Shown here: piece after piece, positions 1 through 7,525 of the stretch
Position numbering within the stretch: position 1 is the stretch's first letter
Layout of the letters: each line of letters starts with the position of its first letter
DNA from: Deltaproteobacteria bacterium
GTDB lineage: Bacteria > Bdellovibrionota > FAC87 > UBA2466
Length of the DNA stretch: 40,634 nucleotides
Assembly (NCBI GenBank): GCA_043776735.1
Contig: JAYVQZ010000008.1
Coordinates: 1 to 40,634, forward strand
Direction: 5' to 3'
Made by a program: the position numbers and the translations under genes
The notes under the pieces: model-generated
The model's database searches: none
Told to the model about the DNA's origin: nothing
What the model saw: the letters and a program-made list of their open reading frames with translations, nothing else

Positions 1-1
1 C

Positions 2-1246
2 GTCTATTTTTGGTTTTCTTCCTACGTAATCTTACCCTTGGAACAGCTTTCTCTTAGCGCTCAAAATGGATTGCCGGTGGGCCCCAATCAGTTGGTGCGC
101 TGGATGCCCAGAGAGCTTAGGGATATTGCCACTTCGCTAGCCAAAGTGTGGTCGGATTTCAGAGAGCAGTCCCAGCAAGCGGCTCAGGGAAAGATCGCAG
201 CCCAGGTGGCTCATGACATTCGGTCTCCTTTAATGGCACTTAACGTGGTGATGAAGAGTAATTTGGAACGGCTGCCCGCGCAGCACCGTTCTCTTATCAG
301 TTCGGCGATTCAGAGGATTCAGGACATTGCCAACGACTTGGTGCGCCAGCACCAATCGGAGCCCGAGAACAAAAAGGAATTGTCCTGCGAGTCCCGGGGA
401 AAGCATCTTCTTGCCTTGTTGGTGACCAAGTTAGTGAGTGAGAAGCGAAGTGAGTACGCGGATCTGCCAGAAGTTGAAATTATCTGGCGTCCTGATGAGG
501 CTTATGGGGTCTTTGTCGCTGTGGAGCCTTCCCTTTTTGCCAGAGCCCTATCAAACGTCATCAACAATGCTGTTGAAGGGCTGATCGAAGGAAAAGGGCA
601 CGTAAAGATTACCGCTGAGCTAACCCCTGATTTCTGTCGAATTTTGATTAAAGATGATGGGGTCGGCATTCCAGCTGATGTGTTGTCAAAGTTGGCCATG
701 TGGGGTGTGACCCATGGAAAACAGTTGGGAACAGGGATTGGTTTGCATCAAGTGCGGGCTGCCCTAGAAAGCTGGGGCGGTACCCTTTCTATTTCCTCAA
801 AAGTGGGTAAGGGAACTACCGTCGAGCTTAAACTACCGCGTGCCGCGCCCCCAGCGTGGTTTGTTCCCGCGTTGATGTTAGATGAGCAAACGCATTTGGT
901 ATTGCTCGATGACGATCGTACCGTGCATCAGACTTGGATCCAGAGATTGCACGGTCTTGGACGAGACACGTCGGGTATCACCCTTCACTCTACTTTTTCT
1001 GCCAACGAGTTTGTGGAATGCATGGTGAAACTAAAAGACGAAAAAGTTTTTTATCTTTGTGATTACGAGTTACGGGGTCAGCAGGAGACAGGGCTGGATC
1101 TTATTATCCGCGGCGACTTGCAAAGAAATAGCATTCTTGTAACCAGCCATTGCGAAGAAAAAAGTATTTTGGAGCAGTGTGAGCGGGCGGGAGTTCGGCT
1201 GTTGCCTAAAGAGCTAGCTCCGTACATTCCCGTGATTGTGAATTAG
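2..1246 (+). CDS. Hybrid sensor histidine kinase (HisKA + HATPase_c + C-terminal receiver), 5'-truncated by the window edge
   Basis: The frame is open from nt 2, with a hydrophobic VYFWFSSYVILP stretch before the listed TTG at 38. H-box AHDIRSPLMAL. N-box NVINNAVEG. G-boxes DDGVGIP and GTGIGLHQV. The C-terminus has LVLLDDD...LCDYEL...LVTSH...LLPKE, which fits the REC D/D/T/K pattern. Paralogue of 7526-9247. Confidence 0.85.
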   Translation, partial: VYFWFSSYVILPLEQLSLSAQNGLPVGPNQLVRWMPRELRDIATSLAKVWSDFREQSQQAAQGKIAAQVAHDIRSPLMALNVVMKSNLERLPAQHRSLISSAIQRIQDIANDLVRQHQSEPENKKELSCESRGKHLLALLVTKLVSEKRSEYADLPEVEIIWRPDEAYGVFVAVEPSLFARALSNVINNAVEGLIEGKGHVKITAELTPDFCRILIKDDGVGIPADVLSKLAMWGVTHGKQLGTGIGLHQVRAALESWGGTLSISSKVGKGTTVELKLPRAAPPAWFVPALMLDEQTHLVLLDDDRTVHQTWIQRLHGLGRDTSGITLHSTFSANEFVECMVKLKDEKVFYLCDYELRGQQETGLDLIIRGDLQRNSILVTSHCEEKSILEQCERAGVRLLPKELAPYIPVIVN

Positions 1247-1255
1247 GAGAGTGAG

Positions 1256-1633
1256 ATGTCTTTGGAATTAGAGCGTTTGCCGGGCACCTATGCGGTTTGC
1301 CAGCTGCCACGCAGTGGTCCATTGCCGTCGTTAAAACCGGACCAAAATCTGTACGCCGTTTTAGTGGCCAAAGACGAAATCACTGTGGTTTGTGAGGAGT
1401 CTCTTGCCCCCGAAGGATCCAAAATACAACCCGGATGGGCCTGCCTGAAACTAAAGGGCCCTTTCCCTTTTGAGCTCACCGGAATTCTCCTCGCGGTGCT
1501 ATCGCCACTGGCCAGCGTGGGAGTGGGTATTTTTGCGCTCTCCACCTTTAATACCGACTACGTTCTGGTTTCAAAAGACAGTATCGAACTCACAATCCGT
1601 ACGCTCAGGGAGGCGGGGCATGTCGTTAATTAA
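1256..1633 (+). CDS. ACT-domain protein (ACT_7/CASTOR-like small regulatory domain)
   Basis: The start LERLPGTYAVCQLP and the end GIFALSTFNTDYVLV resemble stand-alone ACT_7 proteins. AGGAG lies 6 nt before the ATG. Confidence 0.6.
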   Translation: MSLELERLPGTYAVCQLPRSGPLPSLKPDQNLYAVLVAKDEITVVCEESLAPEGSKIQPGWACLKLKGPFPFELTGILLAVLSPLASVGVGIFALSTFNTDYVLVSKDSIELTIRTLREAGHVVN

Positions 1634-1705
1634 GTTCCCGTTTTTAAAGCCAGCGGGCGTTGTCGGGTCCCCTGGCATTACTCTTGCTCATCCCACCGCT
1701 CGGGA

Positions 1706-2152
1706 ATGGGACGTATGAATCAAACAAAAATAATCTGGATTCTAGCCGGTCTCGCGCTTTGGGGTTCTCAGGCTCAGGCCTGGTTAGGCCCATTTATGGA
1801 AGAGCCGGGCCCTGCTGTTGTTGAGAGAAGTATCGTTGCCCAATGCGGGCCCCGAACCACCCAGATTGCCATGAGAGCGGTCTTTCAATTCAAATCAAAT
1901 TGGGGGCAAGAAGGAAAGGAAGCGGTAGACGAAGTGGCTTTGTCTTCTATGGACGGAGACGGTCCGGTTCTTAGAATGTTGTCTAAACGTCTTGCCGAAC
2001 ATCTTAAGAAGAAAAAAAATAAAGTTCTCAATGTCGTCTGGATAGAATCCGGCCACTCCGTGATGAATCACAGTCAGCCCACCAGCCTTGATCCTTGCTT
2101 AATCGATGGCAAACCAATCAAGTATTGGTTCACTCAAGAAAAGGGTGCTTAA
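1706..2152 (+). CDS. Secreted hypothetical protein
   Basis: N-terminal signal peptide IIWILAGLALWGSQAQA. No recognisable domain. The start could be the Met at 1715. Confidence 0.5.
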   Translation: MGRMNQTKIIWILAGLALWGSQAQAWLGPFMEEPGPAVVERSIVAQCGPRTTQIAMRAVFQFKSNWGQEGKEAVDEVALSSMDGDGPVLRMLSKRLAEHLKKKKNKVLNVVWIESGHSVMNHSQPTSLDPCLIDGKPIKYWFTQEKGA

Positions 2153-2156
2153 GACT

Positions 2157-2936
2157 ATGGGTCTTTTTGATTTTCTAAAAAAGAAGGATCCCGCATATCA
2201 GCCGGTAAATCGTTTGGAGACTTTGTTCCAGGCTAGTTTTCACGATGAATTGGAGCGCTCCAAATTTCTCAATGCCATTTTTCATTTCGATTTGTTTGTC
2301 TTTGGTAGCAGCTCGCTAAACGCCGATGGCAGTAAAACGGTACAGCTTCTCAAGGTGGAGGCCGAGCCCGGAGTGCTCGCCGTTCCCTGTTACACTTCCG
2401 TAGACGCCATGGCGTGGTACCTAGCTCATACCAGGCAGCCAGCCCAAAACTATTTGGGCATGTCGGCCCTTGTTTTTCTTCAGGGGCTTGAAAATGGTGT
2501 GGGAATGTATCTCAATTTTGGTCACGTGTATTTAAAGTATTTTACCCCAGTCGAGCTCAGTGAAATGCTCAACGGCCCCAAGCTTGATGCTTTTACGATT
2601 CCTACGGGCCAGGCCATTCGTATCGGCCAACCTGCCAAGCCTCCCGTCGCATTGATCGATCTTGTCACGCGCTACACGGCCACACAGAGTTATGTGCAGG
2701 ATATTTATTTTGGCGCAATGGAATCGGGCACCCCCCCAAGTATGAGCTACCTATTTCTTTTAGATTTTGTAGAAGGCACCACAGCCAAAAAACAGGAAGA
2801 GATCATCGCAGAACTCGGCCAAGGAATCCGCCAGATCCCCACGGATCTCCCGATCGACATTTCCCCTCGCCTCCCCAACGGATCTTTTGAAGGCGCCATA
2901 ACCGCCGGCACACTAGTAAGCCTCCCCCACCCTTAA
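2157..2936 (+). CDS. SseB-family-like protein
   Basis: I prefer the internal ATG at 2157 (MGLFDFLKKKD), which sits just after the upstream stop at 2150-2152. The pattern LFVFG...LAVPCYTSVDAMAWY, with a C-terminal IRIGQPAKPPVALIDL...YLFLLDF, resembles the SseB N- and C-domains. Confidence 0.5.
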   Translation: MGLFDFLKKKDPAYQPVNRLETLFQASFHDELERSKFLNAIFHFDLFVFGSSSLNADGSKTVQLLKVEAEPGVLAVPCYTSVDAMAWYLAHTRQPAQNYLGMSALVFLQGLENGVGMYLNFGHVYLKYFTPVELSEMLNGPKLDAFTIPTGQAIRIGQPAKPPVALIDLVTRYTATQSYVQDIYFGAMESGTPPSMSYLFLLDFVEGTTAKKQEEIIAELGQGIRQIPTDLPIDISPRLPNGSFEGAITAGTLVSLPHP

Positions 2937-2960
2937 AGGTGTCAGTCACTTTTACATGAC

Positions 2961-3078
2961 CTCTCAAGGCCGCGAGGCCTGGCGGTCTCAACTGTTTAAA
3001 TTAACTGGGGCGTATTAAAAATGGTCTTGCGACTGTCATTGCGGGAGATACAGGGACTGGTTCTGCAAGGCAGTCTTG
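2961..3078 (+). repeat. Left copy of a duplicated segment flanking the RelBE cassette (hairpin element plus a relic of the 3' end of the 3724-4488 gene)
   Basis: 2961-3030 matches 3651-3720 at roughly 80% by eye. 3032-3078 matches 3857-3903 at 44 of 47 positions. About 134 nt present in the right copy are missing from the left copy. Confidence 0.8.
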
Positions 3079-3147
3079 GTACGTTCGGTAGGTTCCCACT
3101 TGACCAAGGTGTTACTTAGGTGTTACACTTTTACTCGAGGTTCAATT

Positions 3148-3372
3148 ATGCCGACCGCCAAGAAAAGAATTAACCTTACTCTTGAAAATGAACTCTATCG
3201 CTCCTTGGAGCGGCTCTCCAAAAAAGAGCACAAATCCCTTTCCAGCGTGAGCTTGAGGCTTATTGAGAAAGCGATTGAGTTGGAGGAGGATCTGTATTTT
3301 TCTACTGAGGCCGACAAGAGGTTAGAGAAAAAGGAAAAACGGATTTCTCATTCCGACGCCTGGAAAGAGTGA
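3148..3372 (+). CDS. relB: Ribbon-helix-helix (RelB/CopG-type) antitoxin
   Basis: MPTAKKRINLTLENELYRSLERLSKKEHKSLSSV has the typical RHH beta-strand plus helix pattern. GAGG lies 8 nt before the ATG at 3148. The stop overlaps the toxin start. Confidence 0.75.
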   Translation: MPTAKKRINLTLENELYRSLERLSKKEHKSLSSVSLRLIEKAIELEEDLYFSTEADKRLEKKEKRISHSDAWKE

Positions 3373-3626
3373 TGTACAAAATCGAGTACCTCCAAAGCGT
3401 TGCTCGGGATGATATTCCCAAGATATCCCCACCTGATCGAAAGCGCATAAAGAAGGCCATCGAGAATAAGCTTGTTACCAACCCGATCGAACTGGGGAAA
3501 CCGCTCCAATACAGCCTCAAAGGTTGCCGTCGATTGCGCGTTGGCGATTACCGCGTTGTTTACCAGATTGAACGAAACGTTGTGCTCATTGTGAAGATTG
3601 GGCACCGCCGGGAAGTCTACGAATAA
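3372..3626 (+). CDS. relE: RelE/StbE-family type II toxin
   Basis: The pattern KKAIENKL...GKPL...LKGCRRLRVGDYRVVYQIE...VLIVKIGHRREVY is a classic RelE/ParE-superfamily pattern. The ATG at 3372 shares one nt with the antitoxin TGA. The ORF track starts at GTG 3369. Confidence 0.85.
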   Translation: MYKIEYLQSVARDDIPKISPPDRKRIKKAIENKLVTNPIELGKPLQYSLKGCRRLRVGDYRVVYQIERNVVLIVKIGHRREVYE

Positions 3627-3650
3627 TGGGACGACGGCCGGTAAAAACGA

Positions 3651-3722
3651 TCTCTCAGGCCGCCAGGCCTGGGAGTCTCAACCATTTAAATTAACTCGGG
3701 CGTAATAAAAAAGGCCTTACGC
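3651..3722 (+). repeat. Right copy of the duplicated segment, containing a hairpin repeat element
   Basis: CTCTCAGGCC-GCCA-GGCCTGGGAG forms a 10-bp stem with one G-U pair. It is followed by TCTCAACCATTTAAATTAAC. It lies 25 nt after the relE stop and also just 3' of the minus-strand gene ending at 3724. Confidence 0.75.
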
Positions 3723-3723
3723 C

Positions 3724-4488
3724 TTACTTACGATTTCCAGAGATCTGAACCACTTTCGGATCATAGTTCTCATGCGCCGCTTTTTGCACATTACTACCAC
3801 CCGCCCCCGGCGCGACCGTGCGGTCTTTGCTGGCGGCGAGGGCTTTGGCTTCGGAAACTGTCATTGCTGGAGATACAGGGACTGGGTTTGCAAGGCAGTC
3901 TTGTGGGGGCGGACAAAGATCGAACCCGCCCTTGACTTGCTCCGCTTTGCAGACGGCAAGAAAGCTCCCTTTTAATAATGCGGGCATTTTACAGCCGGCC
4001 ACGGGACTGGCACAAAGAGCATCGTAGGATTTTGGTTTCTTAGGATCTTGTCTGTAAACTATGTATGGTACTTCTTCAATTTGTCTGCATTGTTCGCCAA
4101 ACATTTGAATGTTCTCAGGTTGTGCCCTCTCTGAGGTGAATCTGCCCTGGCCATAAAATAATTCTTCAGGCGTGTAAGTTTTTTTATGCTCGATACAATC
4201 CTTCAGATCCATGCAATTGTCTCTTGTGAGTTTGCATATTGTGGTAACTCGTTTGCGCATTGTCGCTCCAATTTTCAAGCACGAAACTTTATAAACACAC
4301 AATGGGGCGAAAACGTCGGTGGAGCCGTCTGCGGCCTCCGTCATTTTGAGGGTCTTCTCGGTCGTGCAGTTCCATTCTTTTGATTTGCTCAGTTCTTCGA
4401 GAGTCTCACTCTCGGCTTCATTAGCAAAAGCGTGTGGGCCAATTAAAAGAAGTACCAACGTTACGAAAAATTTCAGAGACAATTCCAT
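3724..4488 (-). CDS. Secreted cysteine-rich hypothetical protein
   Basis: Signal peptide FFVTLVLLLIGPHAFA. There are more than 14 Cys spread through the mature part. No recognisable domain. Confidence 0.6.
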   Translation of the reverse strand: MELSLKFFVTLVLLLIGPHAFANEAESETLEELSKSKEWNCTTEKTLKMTEAADGSTDVFAPLCVYKVSCLKIGATMRKRVTTICKLTRDNCMDLKDCIEHKKTYTPEELFYGQGRFTSERAQPENIQMFGEQCRQIEEVPYIVYRQDPKKPKSYDALCASPVAGCKMPALLKGSFLAVCKAEQVKGGFDLCPPPQDCLANPVPVSPAMTVSEAKALAASKDRTVAPGAGGSNVQKAAHENYDPKVVQISGNRK

Positions 4489-4695
4489 CAGTTCTAATCC
4501 CGTTAAAATTCATCCAAGGTACTAGGAACGAGGCTGCATATTAGCTGAATTCTACGAGAAGCCCGAAGTAAATAATGCAACGCGTAAAGATTTGATTAAC
4601 TTCCCACGTGCCTAAATAGTCGATAGCGAAACAGTGGTTAAATCAAGTAGTTAACGGCGTTGGCTGCGGGCTATTCTAATCGTATACAAACTTAG

Positions 4696-4724
4696 TTGAC
4701 TGATTGGTGGCATTATCGCATAAA
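4696..4724 (+). promoter_or_regulatory. Candidate sigma70-type promoter for the 4778-6121 gene
   Basis: TTGACT (4696-4701), a 17-nt spacer, then CATAAA (4719-4724). Confidence 0.3.
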
Positions 4725-4777
4725 TACAGGTGCTTGGGTCAGGCCTGCCTGGTCTTATTGTTGCAAGAAATCATAGA

Positions 4778-6121
4778 ATGGTGCAGCAACGAGCTTTCAG
4801 TCGCGTAGGGCTGGTTTTTATTCTCTCGTCGGCGTTTATTCCTTTCACGTCGCACTCGGATCAGGCGGCCATTAAAGGGAATGCCGGTCCTACGACTGCC
4901 GTTAACACAGACAAGACTGGCCCACCAACAGCTAAGTCTGCAGCCCCGCCCGTCAATCAGCCACCCCCAGCCCAGCAATCCCCTCAGGCCGGCCAATTCG
5001 CTGGGTCAGTTCCGACACAAGCCGTCGCCGCAACCCAAGCAATCGCCAACCCCTTAGATATGGGTGCGCGAGCTAATTTGAACCAAGCCACCACCAACGC
5101 CTTATTATTAAATAGGCGCCTCGACGACCTAGTTTCGTCTGGGAAATATAGCGACAAGGGCCTTGCGGAATTTCGAGAGGCTCTAGCCATCAAGACCCTG
5201 CAACCTCTCCAAGATTTAAACAAAAAGGACGATCCTAAGCCTTCAGAGAATAAGGATGTCCCTTCAAATAAACCGTCGTCCCAAATCTCAGTTTCTCAAC
5301 AACAGATTAATTCTAATGGCACGGTACCGGCTGTTGTCCCTGCCGTGGCCCCTAAGGTGGTACCCACCACAACCGAAATCGCTTTTTCCGGCACCTCTAA
5401 GGAGGCCGCCAGTTTTGTAAAAGAGAGAGTCCTTGAAGATCTTAAAAAATCTCAGTTAGTCACGCCAAGCACTCTTCAAAATTCCAATAACGCATTACCA
5501 TTAGATGGAAATTCAAACAGCACCACGGCCATTTTAAAGAAGTTAGACGACACAAAAACGCCAAGTATCGACGTCTCTCCTACTAAGGATAATACCCAAA
5601 CCAGAGATCTAGTTGGCGGAACCACATTCAGTCCCTCGTTGTCCAATCACGAAGGATCTTTATCCACTTCAGCTGCGGATAACGTGAGTGAAGCAACGAA
5701 AGAAAAAATTAAAACGGCAGCAAAAGACTACCTAGAAAAGCTCGCCAAAGCTCCAGATTCCAAGAGCCCAAAAGACCGCGCTCTTCAGCAGGCCATTCGC
5801 ACGGCTTTGACCGATGAGAACGTCTATGACGGACTTCTCAATGAAATCACAGCGGCCTTTCAGGGAGAAATCCCCCGCATTACTAGTTTTGTTCCAAACA
5901 TGGGCAAACAACAGCCGTTTGCTCCCGATCAAATACTTAGTGCCAGAGGACCTGCTAGCCTTGATGTGATGTCCGACGCTGCCGAGGGTGAATCAAACAG
6001 CCCCTCGCTAGCAAACATTTCGTTCGCCAACAGCAAGATCCCGGTTCTTGCCGTCTTGTCTCTACTACTGGGAGCCCTGGTCTTCTGGTCCACCCAATCC
6101 AACCCCAAAAAACCCCGCTAA
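4778..6121 (+). CDS. Low-complexity Pro/Ser/Thr/Gln-rich secreted protein with a C-terminal membrane anchor
   Basis: The ATG at 4778 gives the signal-like start MVQQRAFSRVGLVFILSSAFIPF. There are long PPxxQ, ST-rich and K-rich tracts. The C-terminus is IPVLAVLSLLLGALVFW followed by KKPR. Confidence 0.55.
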   Translation: MVQQRAFSRVGLVFILSSAFIPFTSHSDQAAIKGNAGPTTAVNTDKTGPPTAKSAAPPVNQPPPAQQSPQAGQFAGSVPTQAVAATQAIANPLDMGARANLNQATTNALLLNRRLDDLVSSGKYSDKGLAEFREALAIKTLQPLQDLNKKDDPKPSENKDVPSNKPSSQISVSQQQINSNGTVPAVVPAVAPKVVPTTTEIAFSGTSKEAASFVKERVLEDLKKSQLVTPSTLQNSNNALPLDGNSNSTTAILKKLDDTKTPSIDVSPTKDNTQTRDLVGGTTFSPSLSNHEGSLSTSAADNVSEATKEKIKTAAKDYLEKLAKAPDSKSPKDRALQQAIRTALTDENVYDGLLNEITAAFQGEIPRITSFVPNMGKQQPFAPDQILSARGPASLDVMSDAAEGESNSPSLANISFANSKIPVLAVLSLLLGALVFWSTQSNPKKPR

Positions 6122-6335
6122 ACCTTCTCAAAGGTATCTCGTCACTTTGCGAATTCCAAAAATTGAAATCCAACAGCTTTCTTTGCTTACGCCCCCCACT
6201 AGGTTGTGACAATGCGAGCCTCACTCGCAATTGTCGCGATTTGAGTTAACTCACTTAGCGCTTTGCGCGAATGATTATTCCAAAAACTCTTAAATATTGA
6301 TTTTGTACTCCTAAAAAGAGTACGCTGAGGTAGGA

Positions 6336-6623
6336 GTGGGAGAGGTTTCCCGTGTTGTATGGCGAAATTCCGTGGCAAAGCAATTGGAGCGTTTGCCAGC
6401 AAATATTGCGAGAAAGTTCTATGCGGGGGTAACCGCTATAAATCTTATCGGTCTCAGGCGAGTTCGGGCCAGCCCCGGTTTTCATGACGAACCGTTAAAG
6501 GGCCGTCGTGCTGGGCAACGCTCAGTCCGCCTGAGTGGTGGTTATCGGGCGACTTATGAAGAACGGTTTGGCGGTATGATCGAATTTATTGAGGTCGTGG
6601 AGGTTACTCTGCATGAGTATTAA
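6336..6623 (+). CDS. higB: HigB-like RelE/ParE-family toxin, encoded upstream of its antitoxin
   Basis: The pattern LKGRRAGQRSVRLSGGYRATYEE...IEFIEVVEVTLHEY is a RelE/ParE-type C-terminal pattern. GTG start preceded by GAGGTAGGAG. The gene overlaps the downstream HTH gene. Confidence 0.7.
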   Translation: MGEVSRVVWRNSVAKQLERLPANIARKFYAGVTAINLIGLRRVRASPGFHDEPLKGRRAGQRSVRLSGGYRATYEERFGGMIEFIEVVEVTLHEY

Positions 6624-6924
6624 AAAGTGGAATGATGTTGGCGATTTGGAAAAGCGTTTTGGGCGAATGACCGTGGGGATGTTCGTAAAAGCATTTAGGG
6701 AGAGCGAAGGGTTGTCCCAATCCGAATACGCCCGAAAAGTTGGTCTTTCTCGGGCCAACCTCTGCGACCTAGAAAAGGGACGCAAACTAATCAGCCCTGA
6801 GCGTGCTGCAAAGCTGTCAAAAAAACTTGGGGTCCCCGAAAAGGTCTTAATTCAGTTAGCCATCCAGGACAGTCTTCACGCAGCAAGGCTGAAATACACG
6901 GTGGAACTTAAAGCAGCGTCGTAA
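6613..6924 (+). CDS. higA: XRE-family HTH antitoxin (HigA-like)
   Basis: The ATG at 6613 gives MSIKKW. HTH_3 pattern: LSQSEYARKVGLSRANLCDLEKGRKLISPERAAKLSKKLGV. The toxin-first gene order is typical of HigBA. Confidence 0.75.
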   Translation: MSIKKWNDVGDLEKRFGRMTVGMFVKAFRESEGLSQSEYARKVGLSRANLCDLEKGRKLISPERAAKLSKKLGVPEKVLIQLAIQDSLHAARLKYTVELKAAS

Positions 6925-7137
6925 CGCCCTTTCATGTATAACTTGTACCTACTAGTTAGTGGGTGGCAGAAATCCGTTACCCGCAAAATTACTACCCCCT
7001 AACGACTCAGCCCTACAGTTCATATCCTCGATAGCGCCTTTTTGCGGGATTTCTAACGGATTTCAAATTTATTTATTACGGCGCGTTGGGCTTGGGTTAT
7101 AGAGGGGGAACTGGCTGATGAATAGGAGTAATGAGTC

Positions 7138-7416
7138 ATGGGGAAGCTGATATTTAAAGACGATTTCCTAACCCCCGCCAACGTGCGACAGGAGCTTGCC
7201 TCCCTTGCCTCTGGCTTGTTCACCGCAATTGATGCGCTTCGAACCATTCCCAGGGATACGACAGCAGCCTTTTCCCTTTTGGACGGCACCGCTGAGAAGC
7301 TCAAAGGAATGTTGCTTGAGTTAGATAATTTCCAAGCGAATAAAGACAAGGTCGACAAAGATTTACTTTCCCTCTCCACAAAAAATTCAGCTGACACGGT
7401 AGAGACAAATAGCTAA
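7138..7416 (+). CDS. Small hypothetical protein (predicted helical)
   Basis: AGGAG lies 9 nt upstream of the ATG. No recognisable domain. The antisense ORF 7053-7397 has no comparable RBS. Confidence 0.4.
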   Translation: MGKLIFKDDFLTPANVRQELASLASGLFTAIDALRTIPRDTTAAFSLLDGTAEKLKGMLLELDNFQANKDKVDKDLLSLSTKNSADTVETNS

Positions 7417-7525
7417 GCAGTGCAATTGGTGAGCAACGTCCTTGGATAAGTGTGTCGGGCTGAGAAAATGAGAATTGCAGCCAAAACGTAGGAAGAGGTT
7501 TTTTCCAAAAAGCCGGGGGCGATTG

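Noticed and set aside
2961-3722. Integron-cassette interpretation of the direct repeats flanking relBE (attC-like sites)
   Set aside because: The repeats do not show the RYYYAAC...GTTRRRY attC core by eye. No intI gene or cassette array is present. The left repeat contains a fragment of the neighbouring coding sequence, which fits segmental duplication better.
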